Assembly (NCBI GenBank): GCA_031554215.1
Contig: JAVBKF010000121.1
Coordinates: forward strand, 1 to 53,941
Length of the DNA stretch: 53,941 nucleotides
Reading direction: 5' to 3'
From: Bacillales bacterium
GTDB taxonomy: Bacteria; Bacillota; Bacilli; JARBTR01
The notes under the pieces were generated by a model. It saw only the letters and a list, made by a program, of their open reading frames with translations, ran no database searches and was not told the DNA's origin. Of the stretch, positions 20,957-31,457 are shown piece by piece; position 1 is the first letter of the stretch, and each line of letters begins with the position of its first letter. Position numbers and translations under genes: made by a program.

Positions 20957-21130
20957 TTACATGCTAGAATCTGAACGAAGTTGTCTTTCTTTCTCCATAC
21001 GAGCCATGTAAACTTGTCCTTCTTCTTCAATGAATTTCTCGTTTACTTGATCCTCTACCCGCATTGAACGAACAGTCATGAAAGCGCTGATGATAATTCC
21101 TGCTAGAACGACCCAAACCCAAATCGACAT
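20957..21130 (-). CDS. yhaL: Sporulation protein YhaL (57 aa; absent from the ORF track)
   Basis: MSIWVWVVLAGIIISAFMTVRSMRVEDQVNEKFIEEEGQVYMARMEKERQLRSDSSM; FIE.EGQ.YM.RMEKER motif; lies downstream of yhaM; GAGGGAG RBS. Confidence 0.88.
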   Translation of the reverse strand: MSIWVWVVLAGIIISAFMTVRSMRVEDQVNEKFIEEEGQVYMARMEKERQLRSDSSM

Positions 21131-21185
21131 ATGATTGCTCCCTCACCTTTTGCGAATCAACGAATTCGATTCGCCTGATGATATC

Positions 21186-21213
21186 AGCATATGCTTGTCT
21201 ATCTACAATATGC
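21186..21213 (-). promoter_or_regulatory. Putative sigmaE promoter of yhaL
   Basis: GCATATT-13 bp-CATATGCT (spacer one short of the usual 14). Confidence 0.5.
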
Positions 21214-21345
21214 CAAACCATCACTAAAAAAGCAATTTGTCGGACAATTTGAGTCATTTCATTTGGCTTTACAGCAGCGCACGGGATGTCGGTCGATGCA
21301 CACGTCTCAAGGCTACGGCCGGATGTGCAAGTGAACAACAGCAAG

Positions 21346-22284
21346 CTACAATTCCTTTGGTTTATAAAGGATTCGTCCGTCCATTGCATAGATTCTTTCT
21401 GTAAATTCACCTGGTTTCACATGTTCTAGCGCTCGGTCCATCATATTCATCTTCGCATCCAAATCATCAAGATGATGAAGCACTTCCGCCTCACGAATCA
21501 TTGGTTTCTTCGGACTCCCCCACTCTTCCTTACCGTGGTGTGACAGCACCATATGCTGCAACAATAAGATATCCTCAGATTCAATAGAAAGCTCATCCGC
21601 CGCTTTGGCAATTTCACTGACCACAAGCGTAATATGCCCAATGAGATTCCCCTCTAACGTATACGATGTAGCCACTGCACCTGAAAATTCTAACACTTTG
21701 CCTAAATCATGGAGAATAATGCCTGCGTAAATGAGATCAAAATTCAGTGTTGGATAAACCGTTTTCATCGCCCGTGCCATATCAAGCATTGACACAACAT
21801 GATAAGCAAGTCCCGACACAAACTCATGATGGTTCTTCACTGCAGCTGGATACTCGTAGAAGTCCTTCTCATACTTCCGCACCAAAAATCGTGTAATCCG
21901 CTGGAAATTAGGATTTGTCATGTCCAAAATAGCATGGTTTACTTTATCCTCAAGGTCTTGCCGCGATAATGGTGCCCGGGGTAGCAACGAGTCGAGGGTA
22001 ATCGGCTCCGTTTCAGCCTTCAGACGAATCGACTTTAACTTCAGCTGTTTCTTCCCTTTATAATTTTGAATTTCTCCGGCAACCTTCACAATCGCCTCAG
22101 CAACAAATGATTCCTCGTCACGAGGTGTTGCGTCCCAAAGTCTAGCCTCCATCTCACCACTTTGGTCCTGCAATACCAGCGTCAAATACGGCTTTCCAGA
22201 GGTAGCAATCGCCCGTGTAGATCGTTTAATTAAAACAAAAACATCGACTGCTTCACTCACATCAAAATGCAATAGTTTTTTCAT
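21346..22284 (-). CDS. yhaM: 3'-5' exoribonuclease YhaM
   Basis: OB fold + HD domain ([35 protein letters not shown]). Confidence 0.95.
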   Translation of the reverse strand: MKKLLHFDVSEAVDVFVLIKRSTRAIATSGKPYLTLVLQDQSGEMEARLWDATPRDEESFVAEAIVKVAGEIQNYKGKKQLKLKSIRLKAETEPITLDSLLPRAPLSRQDLEDKVNHAILDMTNPNFQRITRFLVRKYEKDFYEYPAAVKNHHEFVSGLAYHVVSMLDMARAMKTVYPTLNFDLIYAGIILHDLGKVLEFSGAVATSYTLEGNLIGHITLVVSEIAKAADELSIESEDILLLQHMVLSHHGKEEWGSPKKPMIREAEVLHHLDDLDAKMNMMDRALEHVKPGEFTERIYAMDGRILYKPKEL

Positions 22285-22373
22285 GAAATCCATCCTCCTA
22301 CGCCCTCAATAAACAAAGGCGTGCTTGTTCTTCTTTACAGTAGCACATCACTCTATCGCAAAAACCACACGGT

Positions 22374-25325
22374 TCATCCGAAAAAACTTAACTGGAATTC
22401 ACCGATTGTAGCCACATTACTTTGATCAAAATGAGCAAGAACATGTTCATGACAAGTAAAAAAGAGTATTTGTTGCGACTTACTCATCTCGTGTAACAAT
22501 TGAAACACGCGCTCAGTCCGATGCTTATCAAAATTAACAAATGAATCATCAATGATAATCGGTAATGTCATTTTCTCCTGCAAACTGACAATAAAAGAGA
22601 ACCGAAGAGCGGTATAAAGCATCTCTGCTGTCCCGCGGCTTAAATCCCTCGCTGGGACAAGATTACCGAAACGGTCTAGTAAATGTAAACCGTCCTCATG
22701 ATCAAATTGTATCTTTTCATATTCACCTTCTGTTAAGAATAACAAATATTGCTGTGCCTGCGCCACTATTTCTGGTAATTTTTCCTCTTTAAAGGTGCGC
22801 GTTGCCTTTTGCAAGATCCCTTTAGCAACCGTGAGCTTCATCCATTCAGCTGCTTCTGCCCGGTAGACCTCAATATTTTGCTGATGCTCAAGTGCTCGCG
22901 TTTCCACCTGACCGGCTGATTCAATCAGCCGAACCCCTTGCTTCAGCTCTGCTAACTGTTCCGCTACGCCACTACGTTCTAATTTAAACTGCTCGTACTC
23001 ATCATTCAAATTGTCTATTTCTAGTTGTAATGCCGATGCACTCATATCCATGAAATCAAAGTGACCAATTTGCGTATTGAGCATCCGAAATTTTTCTCGT
23101 AGCGAAACGAGGTCTATCTCGACCGCGGCTTTATGGTAAAAGTTTTCCTCATCACTGCAACCTGACAACTCAAGCAGTTGCGCCTTTTCATTTTGCAAAG
23201 TAGCCACGGTAACCCGTAGTGGCTCAAGTTCCGATTCAAGCTCTGTCATTCGCCTCGACCGTGTTTGCTTTTCCTGTACCATCAGTTTAGCTTCTGCTAA
23301 CCGCTTTCCTAAGCGCTGGACAACACTTTGATAATCATCTGTTGCTTCCAGCCCCACATTGTTTGCTACTTGCGTAATTTGATTCAGTAGTAGGTGCATC
23401 TCACTCTGCTTTACGGTTTGTTGATTCTCCAATTTATATCGTTCATTAACCAGTTTCTTTAGTTGCTCCAATTGTTCAAAAGCCGCTACCATAGATGATT
23501 CGATGACTTGTTCAGGAAGCCCATACTGTTTCCCGAGCTGGAGTTGTTCTGTCTGAACAAGCGCCAAATCATGATCGACTTGTCCTAAAGTAAGCTCAGT
23601 CTGCCGCACATCTTCTAAACAATCAGCCCGTCGTGCACGCTTTAAGCGTACATCCTCTAGTAACTGGTGTTGTTCATGTCGCTTTGCTTCAAGCAGTTGC
23701 CGACTTTCGGCTGAAATCGTCGCCGCTAATAATTGACTTTTCTTATCTTCATAGTAAGCGCGTTCTGATGCAATCTCAGACTGCCTGTCAGCCGAACGTC
23801 CGCGTACAAATGGAAACCCAGCCATCACGAGTGCGATGACAAATAGCAAGGCAGGTAGCAGTAAACTGCCATCCATCAGTAAAAGCAACATCAGTGCTAA
23901 GGTCGTAAGACCTGCAGCACCTAAGTAATAGACAATCTTATGATTCCGCTCAGGCACTTTCCCTTTTAGCGCTAGCCTAGCAATGGCATTCTCTACTTCC
24001 AGCAGTAGTATGTGCTGATCACCAGATTGCAACTGCGTTTCGATTTCTCTCAGTTCACCCGAACTAATCTGCTTGCGCTCAAGGTATTCTATTTCTGTTT
24101 CTAATGCGGCTAATTGCTCCTTACTGACAGTATACTTTTGTTCAAGTTCCCCGCTCTTTCTTAGTAAATCTGAACGACTATTTTCTAATTCACCAATTTT
24201 CTTCTTAGCAAATAGACTTGTATCCAGTTCTGTCACTTGTACATCTGACAACCGAAGATGAAGCTGGTCCTCACAAGTACTAATCTCTTCTGTTTTTTGC
24301 TCAATCCCGATAGAAAGTGATTTATTCTGTTCGATAAGTGTTTCAAGCTTTGTCAAAAACGTCTTACATTGCTCAATTTCATAGTCAACAGCAAGAACCT
24401 TTTCATCGACAACAATCGCTGATAAAGCTTCTTGCTCCATGTGGTATTTCTGTTGTTTCTGAGTCAGCATTTCCTGCTGAGGCGCTAGCCTTGCTAGACA
24501 GGTTTTCATGCGTTCCAAGCCGTTAGCTGGAAAAGAAAAGTCCCTCATTTCCTCTAACCGCGCTTCTGCAGCCTTACGTTCAAGGGCAAGGGGCATCAAG
24601 CGCTTTTGCTCCTCATATTGACTTAGTTTCCCTTCAACTTCAACTAATAGCTTATCAATCTCAAGAGAGCGATGCTCACAAAGCACTTGGCTCTCTAGCA
24701 AATGTTCATGTTCAGTCTCCGCTTCCTTGGCTTTCTTGAGCGCTATCGCACTCTTCTTTAACTGATCAAGCACCACATTGATACGCGGAATCTTCCCTTG
24801 GGGTTTATACAGCTTCTCGATGGCCTTATCCAAATGCTTTTCCGTATCCCAAAGCTGATCACTACCAGACACACCTGTATAAAATAAAAATCTGCCAATC
24901 TCATTTTCATCCAACTTAAATACTTCCTGAAGTCCATCTAAACTGAACGAGAAAATCTGTTCAAAAAATTTGCGATCAAGTCCTTGTAGAATTGTCTTTA
25001 AATCCGCTTCCCCGCCAATCTTCCCATCAGGAAAATAGACCTTCACCTCCGTACCAACCCGTTTCTTCGTGCGTTCCACCTTATACTGCTGATCGCCAAG
25101 TTCAATCGTCACACTACCACCAAAGCTGGACCCTTGCCTTGGCTCAAAATTTGACGTTCCGTTTAGTTTTGATGGAAAGCCAAATAACACAGCGTGAATA
25201 AAAGCATAAATTGTTGACTTTCCTGCTTCGTTTTCGCCATAGCAAACTTGCAAATCACGATCAAAAACCTGTTGATACTGCTGTAACTTACCGAAACCAT
25301 CAATATCAATTGCTAGTATGCGCAT
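22374..25325 (-). CDS. yhaN: SMC-like ATPase YhaN/SbcE
   Basis: YGENEAGKST Walker A, long coiled coil, LSRGT, IIDDSFVNFD, FFTCH. Confidence 0.92.
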   Translation of the reverse strand: MRILAIDIDGFGKLQQYQQVFDRDLQVCYGENEAGKSTIYAFIHAVLFGFPSKLNGTSNFEPRQGSSFGGSVTIELGDQQYKVERTKKRVGTEVKVYFPDGKIGGEADLKTILQGLDRKFFEQIFSFSLDGLQEVFKLDENEIGRFLFYTGVSGSDQLWDTEKHLDKAIEKLYKPQGKIPRINVVLDQLKKSAIALKKAKEAETEHEHLLESQVLCEHRSLEIDKLLVEVEGKLSQYEEQKRLMPLALERKAAEARLEEMRDFSFPANGLERMKTCLARLAPQQEMLTQKQQKYHMEQEALSAIVVDEKVLAVDYEIEQCKTFLTKLETLIEQNKSLSIGIEQKTEEISTCEDQLHLRLSDVQVTELDTSLFAKKKIGELENSRSDLLRKSGELEQKYTVSKEQLAALETEIEYLERKQISSGELREIETQLQSGDQHILLLEVENAIARLALKGKVPERNHKIVYYLGAAGLTTLALMLLLLMDGSLLLPALLFVIALVMAGFPFVRGRSADRQSEIASERAYYEDKKSQLLAATISAESRQLLEAKRHEQHQLLEDVRLKRARRADCLEDVRQTELTLGQVDHDLALVQTEQLQLGKQYGLPEQVIESSMVAAFEQLEQLKKLVNERYKLENQQTVKQSEMHLLLNQITQVANNVGLEATDDYQSVVQRLGKRLAEAKLMVQEKQTRSRRMTELESELEPLRVTVATLQNEKAQLLELSGCSDEENFYHKAAVEIDLVSLREKFRMLNTQIGHFDFMDMSASALQLEIDNLNDEYEQFKLERSGVAEQLAELKQGVRLIESAGQVETRALEHQQNIEVYRAEAAEWMKLTVAKGILQKATRTFKEEKLPEIVAQAQQYLLFLTEGEYEKIQFDHEDGLHLLDRFGNLVPARDLSRGTAEMLYTALRFSFIVSLQEKMTLPIIIDDSFVNFDKHRTERVFQLLHEMSKSQQILFFTCHEHVLAHFDQSNVATIGEFQLSFFG

Positions 25326-25359
25326 CTAGCCACCTCCTCATTTCCCTGAAATCGTTCGC

Positions 25360-26571
25360 TTACTTTTCAACCCAATGCAAATAAAGCGTTCGTTTCGCTT
25401 CTTCTAGTAACACTTGTAATGTCGATTCATCTAATGGCTCTAAATAGTTTCGCCCGGTATTATGGGCAGTCAATGGTCGCAACAATTCTTCTAGTTCTGA
25501 AATACTCATATCACTCGTCAGTGCTTCAATTTCATCAAAAAACTGTCCATGTAATGGCTGTTTTGCCGTATGAAAGACAATCCGATAAATCCAGCAAAAT
25601 AAGCCTGAGAAATCATCGTTCTCATCTTGCAACGCTTCAAACAACCGATCTTCATGAAACAGGTCAGGATTCATTTCCTCGCAGTGGCTAAAATCCAAAT
25701 GTAATTCAAGTAGCAGCCGCTTCCCATTTTCCAACAAATGATGTACACGTTCCTGCACAGTAGCAATCAACTCCTGAAAATCAATGAGCTCTGTAAAAGA
25801 AATCGTTTCTTTATGCCAAAGGATATCTGCTACAGATACAAAATCCATTTCTACAGCATCTCCATCCAGCTTCACTAAGTAGAAACCCTTTTCTCCGCTT
25901 TCCTTGCTACTTCTACCAAATAAACTACCAGGGTAGACAGCTGGGGGGTCAGTCATCAGCACCTCTGACTTATGGATATGACCAAGCGCCCAGTAACCGA
26001 GTTGCCTATCTCTCAGCTCGTTTAGTGTGAATGGTGCATAATTATGATGGTTTGTTGAACCACCATAATTCCCGTGTAAAATACCAACTGAATAATCACA
26101 GTGCCCCTGCTTTTGATAGTGGGTCACCATCTTCTCACTGATATTCCTTTTATCATAACTGAACCCTAAGAGCTCCACTGTAGCCCCAGTACGCGTAGTC
26201 AAAAACTTACTTTCCACCTGTGCTGGAAAAGTATATACATTCTCTGGTAGTGCCAATTGATAACGAGAACCACCAAGAAAATCATGATTCCCATGCACAA
26301 TGAAAACCGGAATCTCCACATGAGCCAGACGTGCCATTTCTTTTTGAAAAAACACCTGTGCCTTGATATTGTGATCCTCGACATCATAAATATCACCGGC
26401 CAGAATTACAAAATCAACTTGCTCATCAATAGCGACATCAACTAACTGCCGAAACGCTGCATAGCCGCTTGCATTTAATTCTTCACATATTGATTGAGGT
26501 AATTTGCGAAAACCGGAAAATAAAGCCCCTAGGTGCAAATCAGCCGCATGAAGAAAACGAATTGGTTGCAA
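25360..26571 (-). CDS. yhaO: Mre11/SbcD-like metallophosphoesterase YhaO
   Basis: HAADLHLG, AGDIYD, GNHD, ALGHIH. Confidence 0.93.
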   Translation of the reverse strand: MQPIRFLHAADLHLGALFSGFRKLPQSICEELNASGYAAFRQLVDVAIDEQVDFVILAGDIYDVEDHNIKAQVFFQKEMARLAHVEIPVFIVHGNHDFLGGSRYQLALPENVYTFPAQVESKFLTTRTGATVELLGFSYDKRNISEKMVTHYQKQGHCDYSVGILHGNYGGSTNHHNYAPFTLNELRDRQLGYWALGHIHKSEVLMTDPPAVYPGSLFGRSSKESGEKGFYLVKLDGDAVEMDFVSVADILWHKETISFTELIDFQELIATVQERVHHLLENGKRLLLELHLDFSHCEEMNPDLFHEDRLFEALQDENDDFSGLFCWIYRIVFHTAKQPLHGQFFDEIEALTSDMSISELEELLRPLTAHNTGRNYLEPLDESTLQVLLEEAKRTLYLHWVEK

Positions 26572-26720
26572 AATCCTCACCTCTAATCCATTATTTTTTA
26601 AATTGATTCAGTCCCTTTCTATTCTACTACAAAATTGTCCAATTTTCTTACCAGAATCGAAAACATACTACCTAGAACGCCTCACCTGCGGGGGATTGTA
26701 ACTAGGGGGTGTCTGAAAAA

Positions 26721-26754
26721 GGTTGATGAAAGGGGTTGATGAAAGGGGTTGATG
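26721..26754. repeat. 13-bp tandem repeat GGTTGATGAAAGG, 2.6 copies
   Basis: Read directly. Confidence 0.9.
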
Positions 26755-26902
26755 CGAATTTTTTGATTAACGCGGAGGGCCATCAACAGTTGCTTCACTA
26801 TTGATTCAGACTGTTTTTGACATACACACTACTTGTTAATCTGCGATGCAGTTTAACGTATCATCGAAAAACTTGCAGATACCCGTGAATATTTGCCGCT
26901 TG

Positions 26903-27053
26903 CTTCGATTTAGCAAACAGAAGGGACAGCACACGTTGCCCTAGCAAAGCTTAGCAACAACGTACTGCTGCCGTTCTGTTCTAAATCTTCGATTTAGCAA
27001 ACAGAAGGGACAGCACACGTTGTCTAAGCAAATCTTAGCAACAACGTACTGCT
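26903..27053. repeat. Direct repeat of 67 bp with 84-bp period; the unit is a long hairpin
   Basis: 26903-26969 vs 26987-27053, four mismatches. Confidence 0.92.
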
Positions 27054-27742
27054 AAGGTTTTTCAGGGCAAAGTACAGTGGCAAATTCTTCATAACGCATT
27101 TTCAAACACACCTTAGAAGCACAAAAAGTATCAAAAAATTCCGCTGTGAGCAAATTAGTTTCTCCCATCAACGAAAATAGCTGGAGAAAATACTTTTCAC
27201 CAAATAGAGATTCATACAAATAGCACACTGTTTGCCTCTAACAAGCCTACAGTGCGATCCGCGCATACTCTTCTATTTTTTATACATCCTTATAGGGCCA
27301 AAGAAATTCTGCTCTATTCACTAGAATCTTGCATGACATAAAATGCATCATTTATAGCAAAAACAAAAAAATCCAAATAATAAGAATATTTATCCTAGCC
27401 CGTACATATATATAGAATAAGAAATAAAGTCAATTGATTTTGTCTCTCTTTAGGAAAGAAGCAACGTTATCAGTCCACTCAACCGAGCGGGCGATTATCT
27501 ACCATTCGCATAGACTACCTTGCGAATTTTTTTATACACACATGCTTTTCAACATCTGATACACCATGAACCGCGTTCAAGTTCAATTGAAATTTCGGAG
27601 TTACCCGCTAGAACCAATAACCGATCACCTGCTTTGCAGTCGTATAGCCATTTTCTTCATTGCACACCATTTCATCTACCCAGAGTCCCGGATAGGACAC
27701 CCAGATTTGAACCAACAATTTCATTCAATCAGGAGGACGATC

Positions 27743-27919
27743 ATGGAAAAATATCTGGTCTATATCGGAATAATCACAAGTCTCTTCACTGGTTTTGAAA
27801 AAATGTTAGTTGTGTATGAGAAACTAAAAGGACATATTGACTTGCTGACTGCAAAGAGAAAAATGAAGAAACAACGCCAGGCGCTAATTGAGGAAGAATG
27901 TCAGCGGCATTGCCAATAA
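27743..27919 (+). CDS. Small 58-aa protein with hydrophobic N-terminus and basic C-terminal half
   Basis: AGGAGG at 27731-27736, ATG at 27743; MEKYLVYIGIITSLFTGFEKMLVVYEKLK...KRKMKKQRQ. Confidence 0.7.
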   Translation: MEKYLVYIGIITSLFTGFEKMLVVYEKLKGHIDLLTAKRKMKKQRQALIEEECQRHCQ

Positions 27920-28125
27920 ACCGAGCGTCATTCCTATATTTCGTCCGCAACTGTCGTGCATTCACCAAACTGTACTTTATCATTATAGTTCCCTGTTCAA
28001 ATAAATATGCATCAAAAAATGGTGGCTAGCGTGAGGAAAACAAGGTCCTAGGCTTAGTCACCATTTAGTCATTAGATTTATTTGTCTTTTAGCATCACTT
28101 CAAAGAATCCTTGTTTCGGGCCGGA

Positions 28126-29379
28126 TTATTCCTTTTTCCCCATTTGTATCGCTTTACGGAAATCTTTCCAAACATTCGTCTTCCCGTACATCAACACGCC
28201 GCCTTTATAAATCCTGCTACCAACTAAGCCAATCACTACAATTGAAGCAAGCATCATCACAATGCTAAGGGCTGGCTGCCAAAATGGTATGTCTAACAAA
28301 CCGACCCGAAGAAACATAATCATCGGAGTGAAAAACGGAATAAAAGAAGTCACCGTGACGTAGTTTGCTTCAGGCACTCCAAGGCCTGTCATTGCAATAA
28401 TAAACCCGATAACAATCAACATCATAATCGGCATGAATGCTTGCTGTACTTCCTCAACCCGGTTGACCATCGAGCCGATCACTGCAGCGATTGTTGCGTA
28501 CAGAAAATAACCTAAAATCATGAAGATGACCCCGTAAACAATGGTAGCAACTGGAATTTCAGATAGTTCAAGCCCGACATCTGAGCCTGATAGTTTTATC
28601 GCCAGATAACCAGTCCCAAGCATCAGCGCGATTTGAGTAATACTAAGCATAGCAACACCCAGTATTTTCGCAAACATTTGCTGGATGGGCGGGATACTCG
28701 AAATCAAAATTTCCATAATCCGCGAATTCTTCTCTGAGGCAACATCCGTTGCCACCATATTGGCGTACAACATAACGCTCATGTAAATGAAAAATAACGA
28801 GATATAGACAAGACCAACTGCCTGTTCCATTTCTTTATCCGTCTTGGCGTTTTCATCGACAGAAACACTACCAGAACTACTCGCTGCAATCGCCACCTTG
28901 TTGAATTCAACAGGCGCATAAATTTGCGCGATATCCTCTTGTGAAATTGACATACTCTGGGTTGCCTCATAAACCTTTACCTGCTGAAGCGCTGCCTCAA
29001 GTTCACTTGGAACAGATTGATCACTGATGACTGTCGTTTTAAATGTACCTGCTGGAACACCATTCTGATCACTAACAACTAAATAGCCAACAATTTTCTC
29101 ATCAGCAATAGCGGTTTCAGCCTGTTTTTCATCGGGATATGCAGTCAACTTTAACTCGCTATCTCCTGCCGTCAGGTTGCTTTCAATCTGCGAATAAATA
29201 TCGGCTGGTGCCACAATACCAATGCGCTCTCCTTGACCATCATCAAAAAGATCAATAATCTTTGTAATATTAACGGAAACAAAAATGAGTAATAACATAA
29301 TAGCAGTAATGATTCGGAAGCTCTTTGTATTCACACGTGAGAGGTAAGTATGTTTCGTAACAATCCAGAATTTATTCAT
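28126..29379 (-). CDS. yhaP: ABC-2 transporter permease YhaP (NatB-like)
   Basis: VASEKNSRIMEILISS, SFIPFFTPMIMFLR; ATGAATAA overlap with yhaQ. Confidence 0.92.
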   Translation of the reverse strand: MNKFWIVTKHTYLSRVNTKSFRIITAIMLLLIFVSVNITKIIDLFDDGQGERIGIVAPADIYSQIESNLTAGDSELKLTAYPDEKQAETAIADEKIVGYLVVSDQNGVPAGTFKTTVISDQSVPSELEAALQQVKVYEATQSMSISQEDIAQIYAPVEFNKVAIAASSSGSVSVDENAKTDKEMEQAVGLVYISLFFIYMSVMLYANMVATDVASEKNSRIMEILISSIPPIQQMFAKILGVAMLSITQIALMLGTGYLAIKLSGSDVGLELSEIPVATIVYGVIFMILGYFLYATIAAVIGSMVNRVEEVQQAFMPIMMLIVIGFIIAMTGLGVPEANYVTVTSFIPFFTPMIMFLRVGLLDIPFWQPALSIVMMLASIVVIGLVGSRIYKGGVLMYGKTNVWKDFRKAIQMGKKE

Positions 29380-30271
29380 ATTTTCCACCGACTTTCTCAA
29401 TGAAAATATCATGTAACGATGGCTCCTCAAGCGCAAATTGACGCACAAAACCGCGAGACATTACATCGTTCTGAATCTGCATGGCCGCCTGCTCATCAGC
29501 AATTTGCAACTCTATTCCTTCAGTGGTCGCACGGTATTTCAAAACCGCAGGATGATCCGCCAAGAAAGACAAGTCAAAATCAGCTTTAACCAATAGATTT
29601 TTCTTACCATAGGAGCGTTTAATATCTTTCAATGCACCATGAACAATTGGCTTTCCTTTTTGCAAAATACAGAGATTTTCACATAGTTCCTCAACATGTG
29701 ACATTTGATGGCTCGAAAATAAAATAGCCGTGTCTGGTTGTTTGAGTTTGTAAATTGCATCCTTCAGTAAATCAGCATTGACTGGATCAAGTCCACTAAA
29801 CGGCTCATCAAGTATGACAAGCTTCGGTTTGTGTATGACCGCAGCGATGAATTGTATCTTCTGTTGGTTCCCTTTAGAAAGGTCGCCCACCTTCACATTG
29901 AGATATTCTGGTACATTAAAGAACGTAAGCCAGTCTTTCAGTTCCCGGGTAGCATCTGCTTTTGGCATACCACGCAGCGAAGCGAGATAAACTAACTGCT
30001 CCTGTACTTTCAGTTTTGGTAGTAAGCCTCTCTCCTCGGGCAAATAACCAATTTGGTTGCTTTTTGAATAATCAATTTGCTCGTCCTTCCAACGAACGTC
30101 TCCGACAGTAGGGTCGAGTAAACCAAGAATCATTCTAAAAGAGGTCGTTTTCCCTGCGCCATTAGCACCTAGAAAACCAAAAATTTCACCAGAGCGAATG
30201 GATAAAGAAAGATCATCAACCGCTGTAAAAGCACCAAATTTCTTGGTAACCTGTTTTAATTCTAATGACAT
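29372..30271 (-). CDS. yhaQ: ABC transporter ATP-binding protein YhaQ
   Basis: GANGAGKTT, GYLPEERGL, LSKGNQQK, LDEPFSGLD. Confidence 0.94.
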   Translation of the reverse strand: MSLELKQVTKKFGAFTAVDDLSLSIRSGEIFGFLGANGAGKTTSFRMILGLLDPTVGDVRWKDEQIDYSKSNQIGYLPEERGLLPKLKVQEQLVYLASLRGMPKADATRELKDWLTFFNVPEYLNVKVGDLSKGNQQKIQFIAAVIHKPKLVILDEPFSGLDPVNADLLKDAIYKLKQPDTAILFSSHQMSHVEELCENLCILQKGKPIVHGALKDIKRSYGKKNLLVKADFDLSFLADHPAVLKYRATTEGIELQIADEQAAMQIQNDVMSRGFVRQFALEEPSLHDIFIEKVGGKYE

Positions 30272-30571
30272 ACCACGTTCACCTCTTGCTTTCTATTCAG
30301 ATTAAGAAAATAAACACTTGGAACCGGGTAGGCATCCATTTCACCCTTTCCATGAAAAAACGATTATAGCCAATCATTATCATATGCAAGACTTCAAAGT
30401 GGATTTACTAGAAAATAACGCAACCGGCAATAAAACGCCTTATCTTTGGTTAAACACCAGAAAAGCAGCGCACCAATTCGCACTTGGTAGAAATCAGTGA
30501 GCAGTGTTCACTAAACGACTTAGCTTCCAGCAATAAATTAGTCATAATTGCGCAAAAATTCGACAAATTGT

Positions 30572-31069
30572 TTAGCCTATGGAACCTACTTTTCCAGTCT
30601 CTACAAGTTGCCTCAGTCCATCTAACATAAACGTCCAACCTTGTTCTGAGGCTTCCAGTGCTTCCTCTTCCGCTAAAAGTACTTCGGCATCATTCCATCC
30701 TGCTTCATGCACGACAACAATTTCTTGGGTAAATGTCAGCTTAGAACCCTGCGCTAGCGGTTTCAATTCTACTGTGATGCGATCTTCCGTATCACCAAAC
30801 TGCGGCATTTTGAAACTCAGCACTAAGCGGTTTGGCTCTTCAAATACCAAGTAATTGCCCACTGCTTTGTAAGTCTTACCGTTACGTTCATCAATTACTT
30901 GCCACGCGCCACCTAAACGAGGATCATTTTCTACCAGTTTATTGGTTTTCTCCGTTGTGAAGAACCATTTCTTCATCATTGCGGGACTCACCCAAGCCTT
31001 AAACACCTGTTCCCTAGATGCGTTCACCTCTCGGACCATGACGAGCGTTTTTGTTGAGGACTTATTCAT
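30572..31069 (-). CDS. SRPBCC/AHSA1-domain protein
   Basis: R.VNASREQVFKAW..P..MKKWF, G.YL....PNRLV, GW..MLD.L; AAGGAG RBS. Confidence 0.85.
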   Translation of the reverse strand: MNKSSTKTLVMVREVNASREQVFKAWVSPAMMKKWFFTTEKTNKLVENDPRLGGAWQVIDERNGKTYKAVGNYLVFEEPNRLVLSFKMPQFGDTEDRITVELKPLAQGSKLTFTQEIVVVHEAGWNDAEVLLAEEEALEASEQGWTFMLDGLRQLVETGKVGSIG

Positions 31070-31457
31070 TTCTTCTGCTCCTTCTGGGATGATTATATTT
31101 TGGTTCATACAGTTCAAAACCCGTACCAGTCATCCCTGATTATTTAATTCTTCTTCATTCTACCAATCTTCATTTATCAGTACAACCTTTTCTGGGAGAC
31201 TTGCAAGCACACTGCGGCCTAGCTTTATGGCACTCTATTGTGCTACTTGAATGATCTCAATAAATTTGAACATCATTTGCTCCAATAAAGCCAATCAGCA
31301 GTACAGCACCCTTGTTGATAATTTCTACAAACGAGCTGGTCAACTTCTACGATCATCTCATTAAATGTAGTTGCCCAGCATCGTATTTTGCTAATGAAAA
31401 GAGATAGATCAAGCGTTTGATCGATTCATCTGACTGAAAGTCGCAACGCATTTCGAT

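Larger units (their letters stand above)
26706..27112. mobile_element. Putative non-autonomous MITE-like element (~407 bp)
   Basis: Terminal inverted repeats GGGGTGTCTGAAAA / TTTTCAAACACACC (12/14), flanked by CTAG and TTAG; internal repeats and hairpins; no ORF of 60 aa or more. Confidence 0.5.

Noticed and set aside
21027-21410. 127-aa minus-strand ORF
   Set aside because: Overlaps yhaM and the better supported yhaL frame.
27566-27742. N-terminal extension of the 117-aa ORF
   Set aside because: No RBS at 27566, whereas a strong AGGAGG marks 27743.
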